From an uncultured Pseudomonadota bacterium (GTDB taxonomy: Bacteria; Pseudomonadota; Gammaproteobacteria; Comchoanobacterales; Comchoanobacteraceae): 64,000 bases of DNA. Both the position numbers and the translations under genes were made by a program. Location of the stretch: NCBI GenBank assembly GCA_913020085.1, contig CAJVZW010000002.1:6225-70224 (forward strand), written 5' to 3'. Positions within the stretch are counted from its first letter, which is position 1. Each line of letters begins with the position of its first letter. The notes below the pieces were generated by a model. That model worked only from the letters and a program-made list of their open reading frames with translations. It was not told the origin of the DNA and did not search any database. Of this stretch, positions 1 to 9,785 are shown in pieces.

Positions 1-486
1 ATACAGAAATTCATAAGTAGCATTATCTGAGCTGTCCTGGCAGTAGTGGCGAATTACTTGAGTATACTTTTGTGTCATTGCTTTCTTTCTGTTCTCAAAC
101 ATCGGGTCGAAATAAATGGTGTCTGGAGCAATGTTGCTCTGAAGGAAATCCTCACAATTACCAAACAATAAATGCCAGTCAGGGAATAAATTATTATCAC
201 AGCGGGCTCTGGCCTCAGCAAATAAGGTCATGAGTACGGGGTGCCTCTCTATTGATATTAATGAATATCCAAGTTGGGATAGTAAGTAGCTATCTCTCCC
301 TAGGCCAGCAGTTACATCACAAATAAGATGTTTCTTTTTACAAACTTTAAAGAATCGGAAGAACGGGTTTTGTTTTATTGATATGAAGTTAAATTCGTCG
401 AAGTCCACTTTAAAGGACCAATGAGGTGTTTGGATAAGGTGTCTGCTGCCATCAAATATTATTTGCCAGTCAGTATTTTCTGTCAT
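1..486 (-). CDS. rsmJ: 16S rRNA m2G1516 methyltransferase RsmJ; the C-terminus runs off the window edge
   Basis: My own translation from the ATG at 486-484 on the minus strand gives MTENTDWQIIFDG...CDVTAGLGRDSYLLSQLGYSLISIERHPV...IYFDPMFENRKKAMTQ. This matches the RsmJ motifs DATAGLGRD, ERNPV and YLDPMFP. It is absent from the ORF track because there is no stop codon inside the window. Confidence 0.8.
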   Translation of the reverse strand, partial: MTENTDWQIIFDGSRHLIQTPHWSFKVDFDEFNFISIKQNPFFRFFKVCKKKHLICDVTAGLGRDSYLLSQLGYSLISIERHPVLMTLFAEARARCDNNLFPDWHLLFGNCEDFLQSNIAPDTIYFDPMFENRKKAMTQKYTQVIRHYCQDSSDNATYEFLY

Positions 487-521
487 GTAGGGTCTTAAGT
501 GGTGAGGAGGGACCAATGACA

Positions 522-1409
522 TCAGTATATGATCAGCTCATAGTGGAAGAAATGATCGATTATCATCACACTAAATAGTAAAAAAAGGTAGATTATCGAG
601 TGATAGAAAACGCCAAAGCCTCTTGATGTTGTTGGTGAAATCTGTAGTAATATCACATCGAATAAAAATAGCATATTTAAAATATTTGCAATTACCAAGT
701 AAATAATGCCATTCATACCAATAACAAAAGGAAGCTGAGTTGATAGGATCATCAAAATTGTATACAGAGTGATAGATAAAGAGGTGTATTTTACTCCATG
801 TGTGACCGGTAGCATAGGATAGTCAATTTTTTTGTAATCTTCCAGACGATTGATTGCAAGTGCCCAAAAATGTGGGGGGGTCCACGTGAAGATAATTAGC
901 ACTAAAATAAGAGGCTCTGCTGATATTTTCCCTGTCACACTTACCCAGCCAAGTAATGGCGGGAGGGCGCCTGACAGGCCGCCAATTACAATATTTTGAG
1001 GGGTAATGGGTTTGAGCCACAGGGTATATACAACCGCATAACCAATCATTGCGCTAATTGTTAAAAGGACACAAAGTAGATTGGTAGATAAAACTAAAAT
1101 AAGGCTACCTAAAACCATGCATACGATGGAAAAGATTAAAACATGCAATTCAGATAATTGTCCTTGTGGCAAGGGGCGGTGAGCTGTACGGTTCATCTTT
1201 TCATCAACTTTTATTTCAGCAAGATGATTGATAGATCCGCCGCTGGATGCAACTAGCATAATTCCGACCAGCGCTGCAAACAAATGAAGGATGCTCCAGC
1301 CCTCAGGTTTTGGTGCAAGAGCCACTCCCACCAGGGCAGTGACAAGCATCAGTAAAACAACTTTAAATTTGCTTATCTTGAGATATGGCTGAAGAATGTT
1401 TTGCATCAT
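522..1409 (-). CDS. ctaB: protoheme IX farnesyltransferase (heme O synthase)
   Basis: 295-aa polytopic UbiA-family protein with NRTAHRPLP and TPPHFWALA motifs. It lies directly downstream of ctaA. Confidence 0.9.
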   Translation of the reverse strand: MMQNILQPYLKISKFKVVLLMLVTALVGVALAPKPEGWSILHLFAALVGIMLVASSGGSINHLAEIKVDEKMNRTAHRPLPQGQLSELHVLIFSIVCMVLGSLILVLSTNLLCVLLTISAMIGYAVVYTLWLKPITPQNIVIGGLSGALPPLLGWVSVTGKISAEPLILVLIIFTWTPPHFWALAINRLEDYKKIDYPMLPVTHGVKYTSLSITLYTILMILSTQLPFVIGMNGIIYLVIANILNMLFLFDVILLQISPTTSRGFGVFYHSIIYLFLLFSVMIIDHFFHYELIIY

Positions 1410-2376
1410 AAATCATCGCGGTCATTGCAAGGAGGAGTAAGCAGCCAAGGCCATTATGAGCGGTGGCAACTAAAATGGGTAATTGTAACATCACGTTACT
1501 GATGCCAAGTGTTAGCTGGCCCAGAAGAAGGCACAGTATCAATCCTGCATGTTGGAAAAAAAATGTCTGGTAGAGGCGATAAATGCGTTTTAATAGCATC
1601 AGTATAGAAAGGGTTAGGATGCCTGCAAGAATTCGATGGGCCATATGTATTGCCGTTTTGCCGGCTTGGCTCAGAACACCTCCCTCAAAAGTGGCTGAGC
1701 TGGGGAGGAACAGGGAGAAGGCCTCGGTGAAATTCATTGTTGGCCACAGATTCCCCTGGCAGGTCGGGAAATCGGGGCAGCTTAGTGCGGCGTACTGACT
1801 GCTGGTCCACCCACCCATGGCAATTTGCATGATCAGCAATACCGAAGTTAGTACCATCATCCACCGAGTTGTTTGATCAATATGTGAATATGCTGGGCGA
1901 TTACTATGACATAAATATTGCCAATAAAGCATTGTTGTGATCATCATCCCGCCGATCAAGTGTGGCATGACGGCAAGCGGGTGAAGTAGCCAAGAAACGG
2001 TCCATTTTCCAAGCAGTGCTTGCATCATTACCATTGATATCAATAGCAGCGGGATCAGAGAGAGATCCTCAAATCGTTGCCGGATTCGGTTGAGGCGGTA
2101 GATAGATATCCCAATAATTAATATTCCAAGTGTGCCGGCAAGATATCGATGAATCATTTCAGGCCATGCCTTAACCTGTTGGATGGGGCTATTGGGATAA
2201 AGGCTATTTGCATCAATAATGCTTGTATGAGTATTGGCAACGGTAAGCTGTCCATAACATCCTGGCCAGTCTGGGCAGCCAAGTCCACTGTCACTCAGAC
2301 GTGTGTATGCACCGAGCATCACAACAAACAGCGCAAAAAAGGTAATCATTAAATACAGTAGCTGCTTTCTTGGCAT
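1363..2376 (-). CDS. ctaA: heme A synthase (COX15/CtaA)
   Basis: 337-aa membrane protein with CPDWPGCYG and CPDFPTC cysteine pairs and conserved His residues. It sits in the oxidase-assembly cluster. Confidence 0.88.
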   Translation of the reverse strand: MPRKQLLYLMITFFALFVVMLGAYTRLSDSGLGCPDWPGCYGQLTVANTHTSIIDANSLYPNSPIQQVKAWPEMIHRYLAGTLGILIIGISIYRLNRIRQRFEDLSLIPLLLISMVMMQALLGKWTVSWLLHPLAVMPHLIGGMMITTMLYWQYLCHSNRPAYSHIDQTTRWMMVLTSVLLIMQIAMGGWTSSQYAALSCPDFPTCQGNLWPTMNFTEAFSLFLPSSATFEGGVLSQAGKTAIHMAHRILAGILTLSILMLLKRIYRLYQTFFFQHAGLILCLLLGQLTLGISNVMLQLPILVATAHNGLGCLLLLAMTAMIYDAKHSSAISQDKQI

Positions 2377-2900
2377 TAACCAATCCTTGAGTATTTTAGA
2401 AGTGTTTTAAGGTCTTTCATTAGCGCTTGATCAGGATGAGAGCTCGTATAGAGTGTGACAGCATATCCTAAAGGATCAATAATCATCATTGTGATTTCAG
2501 ATGAATCACTGATGTTAAAATGTTTGGGAGCTTGTTGAATTAATTGAGAGAGTGAAGGGTCATGATTTAGCGGCGTTTGGGTAGTTATTTTGCAATTATC
2601 GCCAGTTAATAGCTGTACACGTTTTGCATCGTCGCGCAGAAGGATAATCGAGGCATCAGCATGGTGGAGTCGCTCTTGGCAGTGGGTATTATCGGAGAAT
2701 ACAACCACGCGCCACTTGCTGGATTTTTTTGCGTCATTGTAAATTTGCCAAGGTTCTTTACTGTTAACCAAAAGCCCTTTGTTTGATGTGGATGTAGGGT
2801 TTTGGCCCCAATGTGTTTGGCTCATGACCCATGCGAAGATAATGGGTGCAATGAAAGATAGGACAATGTATGTGAATGTAGATGATTTATTTGCTTTCAT
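2376..2900 (-). CDS. cytochrome oxidase assembly-cluster membrane protein (family uncertain)
   Basis: 174 aa with one N-terminal TM helix. The C-terminus, IIDPLGYAVTLYTSS..LMKDLKTLLKYS, resembles the conserved protein found between SURF1 and COX15 in proteobacterial cox clusters. It has no CxxxC motif. Confidence 0.4.
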   Translation of the reverse strand: MKANKSSTFTYIVLSFIAPIIFAWVMSQTHWGQNPTSTSNKGLLVNSKEPWQIYNDAKKSSKWRVVVFSDNTHCQERLHHADASIILLRDDAKRVQLLTGDNCKITTQTPLNHDPSLSQLIQQAPKHFNISDSSEITMMIIDPLGYAVTLYTSSHPDQALMKDLKTLLKYSRIG

Positions 2901-3558
2901 TTCCTTGCTCTTTTTGAAAAAAATAACCGGCGATAAGAATCACTAAGATTCCCATCAAGAAAAATTGCAGTGCATAACTGTAGTGCATGCCATATTTTGG
3001 GGCATAGAGGTTCTGAAAATAACGGATGTTGGGATATTGACTAGATGTAATAAAATATTTGTCAGCCTTAACATTGAACGAAGATACGAGCGCGTTGATA
3101 GAGGAGAACTGTGATGAGAATATAACATAGTTGTTTATAAGTGAGATCGGTAGTGCATTGCCTTCTAGGTGTGTAGCTTGAGGTATATCTGACGTAGGAG
3201 ACTGATCCCAATCGTACATTACGACTAGATCGCCAAATTGTTTGGTCCGGAAAACAGCCATGTGTGCATAGCCAGAAATAGCGGGGGGTTTGTTCTGTCG
3301 GATGGAAAAATTACTATTGGGGAGGAAATTCCCTTTAGTTTGGATATATGAAAAATTGTCAATTGTTGTATCGGGTTTTCTAAGATAGGTCAGTTTATGA
3401 TGGTTGGCTCGTTCCTGGTCGATGCGATCGAGTTGCCAAAAACCTAGCTTCATTGCGCCTGCCGCAAGGAGAAGCATAAACATTAAATAGATAACCGTAA
3501 AAACTGGCCGTACAAAGTGCGTTGTTCTCATAGCCAGATCGTATGAATATTTCAACAA
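2887..3558 (-). CDS. SURF1-family cytochrome oxidase biogenesis protein
   Basis: 223 aa with N- and C-terminal TM helices. It carries the GFWQLDR motif typical of SURF1/Shy1 and sits upstream of ctaA-ctaB. Confidence 0.75.
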   Translation of the reverse strand: MLKYSYDLAMRTTHFVRPVFTVIYLMFMLLLAAGAMKLGFWQLDRIDQERANHHKLTYLRKPDTTIDNFSYIQTKGNFLPNSNFSIRQNKPPAISGYAHMAVFRTKQFGDLVVMYDWDQSPTSDIPQATHLEGNALPISLINNYVIFSSQFSSINALVSSFNVKADKYFITSSQYPNIRYFQNLYAPKYGMHYSYALQFFLMGILVILIAGYFFQKEQGNESK

Positions 3559-3654
3559 TTTGTCAATCTATATTGTTAGAAAAACAAACAATTGATAGAT
3601 TTTGCCTTCGCTTAATATCATGGTAAGATAAGCCAGTACTAATGAGCATTTCAT

Positions 3655-3912
3655 GTGATTAAATTAGCGCTAATTATTATCATTTTGACAATCCTGGTTT
3701 GTCTGTTTCTGGCTGCCAAATCCATGATTACCCATGATGATAATGATCAGGCTAAAATGGTCAAACAATTGTCTTGGAGAATAGGGCTATCAATTTTATG
3801 CATCATTATAATTATTGCTGCGCATGCGGCGGGTTATCTTAAGCCAAGTGCGAGCCTGAAGTATCTAAATTTAGATACCCGTCACAGTGTTAGTGATACA
3901 AACGTTTATTAA
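3655..3912 (+). CDS. twin-TM small protein, DUF2909-like
   Basis: 85 aa with two TM helices joined by a charged loop (..HDDNDQAKMVKQLSWRIGLS..). This pattern matches the small protein usually found inside cox clusters. The ORF track calls a non-ATG start. Confidence 0.5.
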   Translation: MIKLALIIIILTILVCLFLAAKSMITHDDNDQAKMVKQLSWRIGLSILCIIIIIAAHAAGYLKPSASLKYLNLDTRHSVSDTNVY

Positions 3913-3921
3913 GGGGAGAAA

Positions 3922-4074
3922 ATGGGAATTAGTGGAATAAGTATGGGTTCATTAGTATTGATATTTCTTATTGCGGTCATGCTGTTTGGGACTGAAAAAC
4001 TAAAAGACCTAGGTGCAGATTTAGGTGAAGCGATAAAGAGTTTTAAAAAAGCCATTGATGATAACGATAAATGA
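3922..4074 (+). CDS. tatA: Sec-independent translocase subunit TatA/E
   Basis: My own translation gives MGISGISMGSLVLIFLIAVMLFGTEKLKDLGADLGEAIKSFKKAIDDNDK (50 aa). It has the canonical TM helix, the FGxxKL hinge and an amphipathic helix. A GGGGAGAA Shine-Dalgarno sequence lies upstream. The stop overlaps the tatC start as ATGA. It is below the ORF-track size cutoff. Confidence 0.85.
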   Translation: MGISGISMGSLVLIFLIAVMLFGTEKLKDLGADLGEAIKSFKKAIDDNDK

Positions 4075-4862
4075 GATACCTTGAGGAGCTGAGACTCTGT
4101 TTGCTCCGAACGGCAGGCATATTTATTGTTTGTACGATTTTTGCGGTTTTTTACAGTCAAACTATTTTAGATATTGTGCTCAGTCCTATCTCCAGCGAGA
4201 TTAATGGGTTGGTATTCACAAATTTAATGGCTCCTATTATATTACAAGTCAAGCTCTCTTTCTTGCTAAGTCTCCTTATAATATTTCCTTATCTGCTGAT
4301 CGAAGTTTGGTGGTATGTGAAAACTGCTCTTTATCATAATGAGCGCAAAGCAATCGTTCCAATATTGGTAATGGGCGCGCTATTGTTTTACTTAGGTGTC
4401 CTTGCTGGGTGGAAACTTTTGCTTCCTCAAATGGTGATGATTAGTAAGAATTGGATGCCGGCACGTATCGGCGTTATGATCGATGTATCCGGAGCAATTG
4501 ATTTGGTTTTAGTTGTCAGCTTGGTCTCCGGTTTAAGTTTTCAGGTGCCTTTAATAATGCTGTTATTGGGACGATTAGGTGTGTTAAAAGTTGCGCATGT
4601 CAAGGGTCGTCGTCGAGAAGTACTTGTGCTGTCTCTTATTTTAGGAATGTGCCTTACGCCGCCAGATGTATTTGCGCAGATTATCGTCGCGATTCCATTA
4701 TACGGACTTTTTGAGCTTGGTATTCTGATGATGCGATCATTGGAGTGTGCTCAAATTCAAGAGAAGAAATCTCAAGCACAGTTAGATGATCATCGCCCAG
4801 ATGAACTTCAATTCTTTGAGGGATCTTATGACCGCCCACATGATGAAAATCGCTCACAATAA
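4071..4862 (+). CDS. tatC: Sec-independent translocase subunit TatC
   Basis: 263 aa with six predicted TM helices. It has a TatC-like N-terminus (LEELRLCLLR) and is coupled to tatA. Confidence 0.88.
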   Translation: MRYLEELRLCLLRTAGIFIVCTIFAVFYSQTILDIVLSPISSEINGLVFTNLMAPIILQVKLSFLLSLLIIFPYLLIEVWWYVKTALYHNERKAIVPILVMGALLFYLGVLAGWKLLLPQMVMISKNWMPARIGVMIDVSGAIDLVLVVSLVSGLSFQVPLIMLLLGRLGVLKVAHVKGRRREVLVLSLILGMCLTPPDVFAQIIVAIPLYGLFELGILMMRSLECAQIQEKKSQAQLDDHRPDELQFFEGSYDRPHDENRSQ

Positions 4863-5304
4863 CTTTTGTATGGTCGTTATAATAAATGGTTTTATGCTTT
4901 AAATGGCGCATTTTTAAATATTTGCTTTTTCCGCCGCAAAGAATTTGGAAAAAATCCTCTATTGGGTATGGCCCGCCCATTATATTCTTTAGTATGCGAG
5001 AGCTTGGCGTCTGCTTTTCAGTGAAAAATGTGCTCCAGATTGATTGCTGGAGGTTCCCACTTACTTGGGCGTAGGTAATGTCAAGCGGGCCAATTACCCT
5101 TGCATAATACCAGTTATGATTTCTCTCCCATTCAAAATCCATTTCTCCTGTTTCGCCGATATCATTATAGCTCTTTGCTGTTCCGGACATATTCCATACA
5201 GCGGGACACGCTGAGGCAATTGGTGTCAAAATTACTGAAATAAGGGCAATATTTATGCAATGTAAGATGAATTCTGCTCTAAATTTTGATAAAATCTCAC
5301 ACAT
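4681..5304 (-). CDS. lolB: outer-membrane lipoprotein LolB (start uncertain)
   Basis: It has a lipobox-like LTPIASAC. The segments FEWERNHNWYYARVIGPLDIT, ILKNIMGGPYPIEDFFQILCG and PQRIEVHLGDDHLTVLEISSLEF parallel E. coli LolB. It is divergent from hemA, as in E. coli. Confidence 0.55.
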   Translation of the reverse strand: MCEILSKFRAEFILHCINIALISVILTPIASACPAVWNMSGTAKSYNDIGETGEMDFEWERNHNWYYARVIGPLDITYAQVSGNLQQSIWSTFFTEKQTPSSRILKNIMGGPYPIEDFFQILCGGKSKYLKMRHLKHKTIYYNDHTKVIVSDFHHVGGHKIPQRIEVHLGDDHLTVLEISSLEFEHTPMIASSEYQAQKVRIMESRR

Positions 5305-6553
5305 GAGTAACCTAGTACATACTAAAAAGCAGATATTTTTGATTGGATTAAGCATTTATCAGTCATCTATTGATGTGCGGGAGAAAATTCAAAACCTATT
5401 TTGCAGATTGCCAAACAAAAAACAATTTTGCAAGCAATACGAGATATATGCTGTTGTTCCAATTTTTACCTGTCACCGTGTGGAGTGGTTTATTATGAGC
5501 TCATCAATAGAGCCATTTAAGCATTGGTTATTTGATCAGATTCAAGATGAAAAGCAGGTGTATACTCATGAAGGGAAAGATGCCATTAGGCATATATTAC
5601 AAGTTGCTTGCGGTCTTGACTCTATCGTTGTTGGGGAGTCTCCAGTGCTGGGTCAGATAAGAGAGGCACTCAAAGAGGCCAAAGATAATGATTGGCCCAT
5701 AAAAGGCATAGATTCATTGATGCAGAATATTTTATCCAAGGCTAAATATATTAGGGCGAATTCTGGGCTTAACGAAAAAAGTTATTCACTTTTTAAGGCA
5801 GTTTTGTTTGCTGTGTCGCAAGTTTTCACAGATCTCTCTCGTAAAAAAATTCTTGTCGTTGGGGCAGGAAATATAGGGCAGATGTGTGTTAGCCGCATGG
5901 TAGACAAGGGCGCAGAGGCTATCACTGTTTTAAACCGTAACCCAGAGTCGCTAGAAGTTTTTAAGCATCAAGAAAATGTTAGAACCGATCTATTAGAGAA
6001 CCTTGGCAAGTGGGTTGGTTGGGCAGATTTAGTTATACTCGCAACGTCTGCGCCAGAGCTGGTTTTAAAACAAGAGCAAGTGCCTTCCAAAGATGGCGAT
6101 GGAAAACTGCGCGTTTTTATTGATTTAGCAGTGCCGAGAAATATCGATTTAAAAATCCGAGACATCCCCGACACTTTTTTATTTGATATGGATGATATAA
6201 GCCATATTTACCAGCGACTGCAGCTAGATCGATCTAAAGTGATTCAAAGAGCCAATGATTTGTTAATACCGATGCTTGATGAAATTTACTCACAGAACTT
6301 AGTAAAAATGAATGCAGATACAATCACTCATTTTAGGCAACAAATGCAGCTACTAAAGGAATCGTCGATTCAAGAGGTGACTCAAGCAGTTGAAAAGGGT
6401 GAGGATCTTGAGCAGGTTCTCGAAAATGTTTTTACAAAATTGATTAAACAGGCAATGCATAAGCCAACAAGAATACTTAGACAGGCAGCAAAAGAGCAAA
6501 ATAAAGAACTGGTTGATGGGATTAAGTCCATCGTAATGGAGGAAGAGCAGTGA
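5303..6553 (+). CDS. hemA: glutamyl-tRNA reductase (start uncertain; the ORF opens at 5255)
   Basis: [17 protein letters not shown] at the N-terminus, the catalytic-region TCHRVEW and the GESPVLGQI motif are present. A Rossmann motif, VVGAGNIG, is also present. hemA-prfA-prmC synteny supports the call. Confidence 0.88.
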   Translation: MSNLVHTKKQIFLIGLSIYQSSIDVREKIQNLFCRLPNKKQFCKQYEIYAVVPIFTCHRVEWFIMSSSIEPFKHWLFDQIQDEKQVYTHEGKDAIRHILQVACGLDSIVVGESPVLGQIREALKEAKDNDWPIKGIDSLMQNILSKAKYIRANSGLNEKSYSLFKAVLFAVSQVFTDLSRKKILVVGAGNIGQMCVSRMVDKGAEAITVLNRNPESLEVFKHQENVRTDLLENLGKWVGWADLVILATSAPELVLKQEQVPSKDGDGKLRVFIDLAVPRNIDLKIRDIPDTFLFDMDDISHIYQRLQLDRSKVIQRANDLLIPMLDEIYSQNLVKMNADTITHFRQQMQLLKESSIQEVTQAVEKGEDLEQVLENVFTKLIKQAMHKPTRILRQAAKEQNKELVDGIKSIVMEEEQ

Positions 6554-7644
6554 AAGCGTCAATTAGAGGGAAGTTAGAGCAAATTGTCGATAAGTATAAC
6601 ACGTTAAATGATGATTTGAGCGGTATTGATATGTCCAGTGAATCCGGACTTGCGCGTTACCAGGAGATCACTAAAGAGCTGAAAGACTTATCGATGTTAG
6701 TGGATTGTTATAGCGATTATAAAAACTTCGAATCTGAAATGGATGAAAATCAGCTGCTTTTACAAGATAGTGATTCAGACATACGTGAAATGGCAGAAAT
6801 GGAAAAACAAGAGATTGCAGAAAAAATGAAATCGACGGAAGAGCATTTGATGATGCTATTGCTTCCCAAAGATCCTGATGATGATAAGAATGTATATCTT
6901 GAAATACGAGCAGGTGCCGGTGGGCAAGAGGCGGCACTTTTTGTTCTCGATCTTCTTAGAATGTATCAATTTTTTGCACAGGGAAATAAATGGTCAGTTG
7001 TGATTGTTTCGCAGCAGGAGGCGGAACAAGGTGGTGCCAGAGAAGTGATTTGTCATATAAAGGGCAAAGAGGTATTTGCTCGGCTTAAGTATGAGTCAGG
7101 AACGCACAGAGTTCAGCGTGTCCCGCTAACAGAATCCCAAGGAAGAATTCACACATCGACATGCACGGTAGCAATATTGCCCGAGTCAGATGAGGTTAAG
7201 GCAATTGATATCAATCCCTCTGACTTGAGGGTAGATACTTATCGCTCGTCTGGTGCGGGTGGGCAGCATGTTAATACAACAGACTCGGCCGTTAGGTTGA
7301 CTCACCTGCCCACTGGAATAGTGGTTGAGTGTCAAGACGAGAGGTCTCAGCACAAGAACAAGGCCAAGGCAATGAAGTTGATGGGCGCTAGAATTTTAGA
7401 CGTAAAAAGACAAGAGGCAAAGGATGAACGCTCTGAAGCACGGCGTCTTCAGGTCGGCTCAGGGGATCGCTCAGAGCGCATAAGGACTTATAATTTCCCG
7501 CAGTCAAGAGTAACAGATCATCGTATTAACTTGACTTTATACCAACTGGATGAAATTCTCTCAGGCCGGCTTGACCAGCTTCTTGAGCCACTGGCCCAAG
7601 AAGATATGGCAGAGCGGATGGGTCAGCTTAATCAAGATGGATAA
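6550..7644 (+). CDS. prfA: peptide chain release factor 1
   Basis: [23 protein letters not shown] carries the GGQ motif, and [17 protein letters not shown] carries the P-x-T motif. The GTG start overlaps the hemA stop. Confidence 0.95.
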   Translation: MKASIRGKLEQIVDKYNTLNDDLSGIDMSSESGLARYQEITKELKDLSMLVDCYSDYKNFESEMDENQLLLQDSDSDIREMAEMEKQEIAEKMKSTEEHLMMLLLPKDPDDDKNVYLEIRAGAGGQEAALFVLDLLRMYQFFAQGNKWSVVIVSQQEAEQGGAREVICHIKGKEVFARLKYESGTHRVQRVPLTESQGRIHTSTCTVAILPESDEVKAIDINPSDLRVDTYRSSGAGGQHVNTTDSAVRLTHLPTGIVVECQDERSQHKNKAKAMKLMGARILDVKRQEAKDERSEARRLQVGSGDRSERIRTYNFPQSRVTDHRINLTLYQLDEILSGRLDQLLEPLAQEDMAERMGQLNQDG

Positions 7645-8410
7645 TTTTCAGCTTAAACTATTGCTGATTCGTGAGCTGAAAAAATTAGATAAACCCAGCG
7701 AGTGGGCAGCATTAATCCTTGAGAGCGTAGAGGGGAAAGCTCAGTCCAATGGGCTCGCTTTTGATATGCTAGATAAGATTAGAGCGGGTCAGCATATTGC
7801 TAGGATTATTGGTTATACATATTTTGATGGGAGGCGATTTGATCTCTATCCAGATGTTTTAATCCCTCGGCCAGATACAGAAATTTTAGTTCATAGTGTT
7901 AAAAAGCTACCAAAAGACGCGATTGTTGTTGATTGGTGCGCTGGTTCTGGATGTGTTGGGTTGTCACTTGCTCTTGATCACCCTGAGGCTAAATATTTGT
8001 TGTTTGATTATTCCGCTGCTGCCTGTCACAACGTTAGGGCAAATATAAACCGCTATCATCTGGGTGGTAAAGCAACGATAATCCAGGCCAATTTAATGGA
8101 TCATTGGCCGTTTGGGCAGGTTGATGTCATTGTATCAAACCCTCCTTATATTCCCTCGCGGCACCCAGTGATGAAGGATTTAAGAGATGACCCTGTGATG
8201 GCGCTTGACGGCGGGGTGGATGGCCTTATATTCATCAAGCGCATAATTGAGGTTGCCCTACTGCATTTAAATCCTGGCGGAAGTGTCTACATTGAGATCG
8301 GATATGATCAGGCTGAAAAGGTTTGCTTGCTTGCTAAGGCAAATCAATGGCAATATAAGATTCATAATGACTTAGCTGATCGCGCAAGAGTCGTTGAATT
8401 GTGGAGGTGA
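7637..8410 (+). CDS. prmC: release-factor glutamine N5-methyltransferase
   Basis: VSNPPYIP (the NPPY motif) and a SAM-binding [10 protein letters not shown] segment are present. The ATG at 7637 overlaps the prfA stop by 8 nt. The track ORF start at 7550 lies inside prfA. Confidence 0.88.
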   Translation: MDNFQLKLLLIRELKKLDKPSEWAALILESVEGKAQSNGLAFDMLDKIRAGQHIARIIGYTYFDGRRFDLYPDVLIPRPDTEILVHSVKKLPKDAIVVDWCAGSGCVGLSLALDHPEAKYLLFDYSAAACHNVRANINRYHLGGKATIIQANLMDHWPFGQVDVIVSNPPYIPSRHPVMKDLRDDPVMALDGGVDGLIFIKRIIEVALLHLNPGGSVYIEIGYDQAEKVCLLAKANQWQYKIHNDLADRARVVELWR

Positions 8411-8412
8411 AT

Positions 8413-8517
8413 ATGTGGGTTATGATTATGTTAACAAGTTTTCTTTTAACAACTTGTGGTCACTCAGGGGTGCTTAGCTGGCCCGTAAACTCTGTGGCAA
8501 TCACTCATTGTTTTTAA
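8413..8517 (+). CDS. candidate 34-aa lipoprotein
   Basis: My own translation gives MWVMIMLTSFLLTTCGHSGVLSWPVNSVAITHCF. It has a lipobox-like LLTTC, and a GGAGG sequence lies 5 nt upstream. It is small and unverified. Confidence 0.25.
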   Translation: MWVMIMLTSFLLTTCGHSGVLSWPVNSVAITHCF

Positions 8518-8563
8518 ATCAAAATTGAGTTATCCTTACTCTTGAGGATATGGAGGATATATA

Positions 8564-9067
8564 GTGGCGCCTTACAAGGATCGAAAAAGCCTGTTACCTT
8601 ATGCGTTAATTACTGCTTTATTACTTTCTGGTTGTCAAGATGACTATACCAAGGAAGATGCTATTGCTGCTTACAAGTTAGCTCACCCGATCAAAGTGAT
8701 GAATACCTACAACAAAACACTTATTGTGGTGGATTCTGTGGCACTATTTGCACCTGGTAGCTCGCAGCTCAAAGCAGATTCTGTTGACGTTCTTCAAGAT
8801 GCGGTGCATACCATTAAAGGGATGCCAAGTAATTACGTTGTAAATATTGCTGCCTACAGCTCGAGTGTAGGATCTGAAGACTACAATAAGCAGTTGACTG
8901 ACGCACAAGCTAATTCTGTAGCCTCTTACTTATGGTCACAGGGTGTATCTTATGATCAAATCATTCTAACTGCAGGAGCAAAAACGAACCGAGTTGGTGC
9001 CAGCTCAAGCCCCAGAACCGACATGATGAATTATCGTGTTGAGATATCTTTAATGCCAAGGAAATGA
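8564..9067 (+). CDS. OmpA-family lipoprotein (peptidoglycan-associated domain)
   Basis: It has an LLLSGC lipobox. The OmpA-like C-terminal domain reads FAPGSSQLKADS...AAYSSSVGSEDYNKQLTDAQANSVASYL...RVEISL. A GTG start has GGAGGA upstream. Confidence 0.8.
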   Translation: MAPYKDRKSLLPYALITALLLSGCQDDYTKEDAIAAYKLAHPIKVMNTYNKTLIVVDSVALFAPGSSQLKADSVDVLQDAVHTIKGMPSNYVVNIAAYSSSVGSEDYNKQLTDAQANSVASYLWSQGVSYDQIILTAGAKTNRVGASSSPRTDMMNYRVEISLMPRK

Positions 9068-9068
9068 G

Positions 9069-9785
9069 ATGTTAAGATTATCTATTAGTATTATTAGTGC
9101 CCTATTTATCCAAACTGCTATGGCTATACCGGTTAATGTAGAGGGTGTGCGAGAAATTATCGTTCAAAATAACGTATCAGTTACCTTGTCAAAAGGTAGT
9201 AAGAATGCCAGACAGGTAATTCCTGCAAACGTTTCTGTTGAGCGAACTGGTTCAAAGTTAATTATCACTTCTGATCTTGATAAATCCGAGCCTGTTAAAT
9301 TATTTGCAAAGGATAATTTCAAGACACTTCATAAGTTGAGAATTCAGGATGACGCTTCTTTAACAGCCAATGAGATCCAGTCATACGATCTTAAGGTTAA
9401 GTCAGAGAGCTCGGGGCATTTGCTCCTTAACCAGGTCAAGGATGTGACTCAGATTACCAACCATGGTACTGGAAAAGTAGAAGTATACTGGATTAGCGTG
9501 CCAAAGGTATCCATTATTTCAAGTCAGGGAAACACAATTCTTGGTGGTGATGTTAATAACATCTTGTTGAAAAGTTATGGTTCAGCTAAGGTGAACGCCA
9601 GTGGTCTAATTAGCAAATATGCATGGCTTAACACATCTGACGATGCTTTTGTGAAGGTTAGGGTTTCTAAGTACATCAGTCTTATAGGTTCTGATCGTTC
9701 ATTGGTGGAGAGTTACCGTAATGTTGACCATGTGAATGAACTGACTACTGATGAGTCAGCACTGATTCATATCCGCACAACCTAG
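9069..9785 (+). CDS. exported protein, possibly DUF2807/GIN-domain beta-helix
   Basis: A signal peptide ends in TAMA-IP. Repetitive G-x-G/V-x-V strands such as HGTGKVEVYW and SYGSAKVNASGL are present. The family assignment is tentative. Confidence 0.4.
   Translation: MLRLSISIISALFIQTAMAIPVNVEGVREIIVQNNVSVTLSKGSKNARQVIPANVSVERTGSKLIITSDLDKSEPVKLFAKDNFKTLHKLRIQDDASLTANEIQSYDLKVKSESSGHLLLNQVKDVTQITNHGTGKVEVYWISVPKVSIISSQGNTILGGDVNNILLKSYGSAKVNASGLISKYAWLNTSDDAFVKVRVSKYISLIGSDRSLVESYRNVDHVNELTTDESALIHIRTT

Noticed and set aside
3909-4160. An 83-aa minus-strand ORF from the track.
   Set aside because: It lies antisense to the well-supported tatA gene and the 5' end of tatC. It has no recognisable motifs, and the plus-strand genes explain the region.
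7123-7131. The RF1 stop-codon recognition tripeptide reads P-L-T rather than the familiar P-A-T.
   Set aside because: The motif is defined as P-x-T, so Leu at the middle position is within the family definition and is not evidence of altered decoding.
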